From Chiloscyllium plagiosum (lineage: Eukaryota): 64,000 bases of DNA. Within the stretch, counting starts at the first letter, position 1; every line of letters begins with the position of its first letter. The notes beneath the pieces were generated by a model that saw only the letters and a list, made by a program, of their open reading frames with translations, ran no database searches and was not told where the DNA came from. This document shows, piece by piece, positions 62,108 through 64,000 of this stretch. A program made the position numbers and the translations under genes. The stretch spans positions 16,966,726-17,030,725 of the forward strand of contig NC_057750.1 of NCBI RefSeq assembly GCF_004010195.1. Direction: 5' to 3'.

Positions 62108-62693
62108 ACAGGCAACTCTGTGATAACGTGAGTTTCAGCTGCATGATTTGGCTATAACATCACTGAAGGATTAGGGAACGGTATTAGAGAACCTTACCTT
62201 GGTTTGCAATAGTGCAATTTCAGCAGGGATCAGTTTGTGCGCATCGTTCTGTGCATGCGCTGAAATCTCTGTGCATGTGCTGATGTCTGTGCTGTTCTGC
62301 GGATACATGATGTTGATGCCAGTCTTTGTGCCGTTCTGCACTTGCACTGGCATCCACGCCAAAGTCTCCATGCTGTTCTGCGCATGCATGACGTCAGCGT
62401 CGGTCTTCATGCCATTCCATGCATGCGCTGCTGTCAGCTGCCGACAGAGCAGCTTTCTTACATGTTTTAAATGTACCGTGTTAAATTTACTTTTGTTTCA
62501 TTAATAAATATGATTTCAACCTTCATTCAGGTTGTGCTATACTTTACATTAGACTTTTGGGTGATTTTTGAGCAATCAAGAGTGATTTGTTTTGCAATCT
62601 GCCCCAACCCCACTTTTCCTACAGGCCCCATTGTTTCTATTAAGCAAAGTTTCACTGGAACACAACTGTTGCATTATAGGAGAACTACCTGTA
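62108..62693. mobile_element. Possible decayed Tigger-like DNA transposon containing a degenerate GTTCTGCGCATGC repeat
   Basis: The right end cattataggagaactacctgTA is partly complementary to the left end acaggcaactctgtgataacg. About six degenerate internal repeats at 62235-62430. Confidence 0.4.
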
Positions 62694-62781
62694 TGCCTTC
62701 CAAACTTCAAACAATACTCCAGGCAGCCAAATTTCTTTGAAATCTTTCAATTTAGTCCCTAGCTTGCAAAATCCAGGGTCT

Positions 62782-63096
62782 GATTAGATTAGATTCCCTA
62801 TCGTGCAGAAACAGGCCCTTCCGCCCCAACAAGTCCACACCAACCCTCCAAAGAGTAACCCACCCAGATCAATTCCCCTACTCATGCATCTATCTCTATG
62901 GGCAATTTAGCTTGGCCAATTCATCTGACCTGCCCATCTTTGGACTGTGGGATGAAACTGGAGCACCCGGAGGAAACCCAAGCAGTCACGGGGAGAATGT
63001 ACAAATTCCATGCAGACAGTCGCCAGAGGCTGGAATCGAACCCAGGTCCCTGGCGCTGCGAGGCATCACTGCTAACCACTGGGCCACCGTGCCGAC
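62782..63096 (-). mobile_element. HE1-type V-SINE
   Basis: gattagattagatt tail, V-domain and head on the reverse strand. Confidence 0.9.
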
Positions 63097-63384
63097 CTCT
63101 GGAGATTGAACTCCCCAGTGAATCTCTTACAGCAGAGAACTAGAAACATCTCTTTACCACTGCAACACTATTGGTTTGAGAGGAAATCTGTGACTCCTTA
63201 AAAATCCCTGCCATACCGGAGTCCCAATAAATGCAATGGAGAATTCCCAGGATTTGCTATTCATTTAGGGTATAGACAGGGATCAATGGAATTAACATGG
63301 AATTCAATTTTTTTTTAAATTGATGAAACAAATTTAGGAGTATGATTACAGCATTTCAAAAAAATGGGGCTTTGAACCACTGGA

Positions 63385-64000
63385 TTACTATAGCACAGGG
63401 GCTATTTGGTCAGTTGTGTCTGTGCCAGCTCAGTTATCACTCCCCTACCTTTTACCTTTCACCTTTCAACCTGCAAATTCTCCTTTTCAGAAATAAAGGT
63501 ACAGTTCTCTTCGGAAAGCCACAATTGAACCTTCCTCTATCACAATCTCAACTAGTGTACTTCAAAACCTAATCATTCATTACAAAGTGTTCTTTCTCAT
63601 ATGCAGCTGATAAAAGACCAAATGACCAGTGACTTAAATCAGCACCCTCATGAAAACCGTTTCACTAGTGGGAAAAGTTTATTCCACTCTACTGTTCAAT
63701 CCTCTCATGATTCTGAATGCTGCTAAACAGAACAACTCCAGATTTTCCAAACTATCAGTGGAACTCAGAAATTCCTTAACCCTGGAGCCACACATGAATT
63801 TTTTTCTGCACCATATATAATGCCTCCACATTATTTCAAAGTCTGTGACCAGAACTGGACACAATACTTCAGTCGAGGACCAACCTGCGTTTTAAAGATT
63901 TATCATAACCTCCTTGCTTTGCTCTTCTATTCATAAAATTATCCAGATTCATACAGCATGTATATAAACAGACCTTTTGGCCCACCAGACCAACAAATAA
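63385..64000 (-). mobile_element. Decayed CR1 3' fragments
   Basis: gaccagaactggacacaatact (YCVQFWS); a new CR1 tail begins at ~63945. Confidence 0.7.

Noticed and set aside
62171..62410. 79-aa minus-strand ORF as an ADAD2 coding exon
   Set aside because: The peptide is repetitive with no dsRBD similarity. The donor is phase 0 in this frame, and the phase-compatible frame has a TGA.
1..64000. CRISPR arrays, operons or other prokaryotic systems
   Set aside because: The sequence is spliceosomal-intron vertebrate DNA with no repeat-spacer array or dense intact ORFs.

Overview
This window is AT-rich, repeat-dense vertebrate genomic DNA, most likely from a shark or ray (inferred from many HE1-type V-SINEs with CR1/HER1-type LINE partners). 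It contains three assembly gaps. The only host gene I can support is a 5'-incomplete minus-strand ADAD-family gene, most like ADAD2. I spliced eight coding exons by hand (61380 down to 16469). All have GT-AG boundaries and consistent phases, giving about 400 codons: a linker plus the whole deaminase-like domain. The dsRBD exons were not found and probably lie beyond 64000. The ADAR catalytic Glu and two Zn-binding Cys are replaced, while the IP6-pocket residues are largely kept. The rest is mostly decayed mobile DNA: deeply nested CR1 LINEs, a 5'-complete L1, a Tx1-like LINE, Penelope-like elements, two SINE families that share tails with LINEs, and TA-flanked DNA-transposon remnants. The most unusual non-genic signal is a set of minimal hammerhead-ribozyme-like motifs in Penelope-derived termini. 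One ~430 bp intronic element carries an outward-facing motif in each inverted terminus. Repeat family names and protein comparisons come from recall, not database searches, and repeat boundaries are approximate. I found no convincing wholly new biological system.
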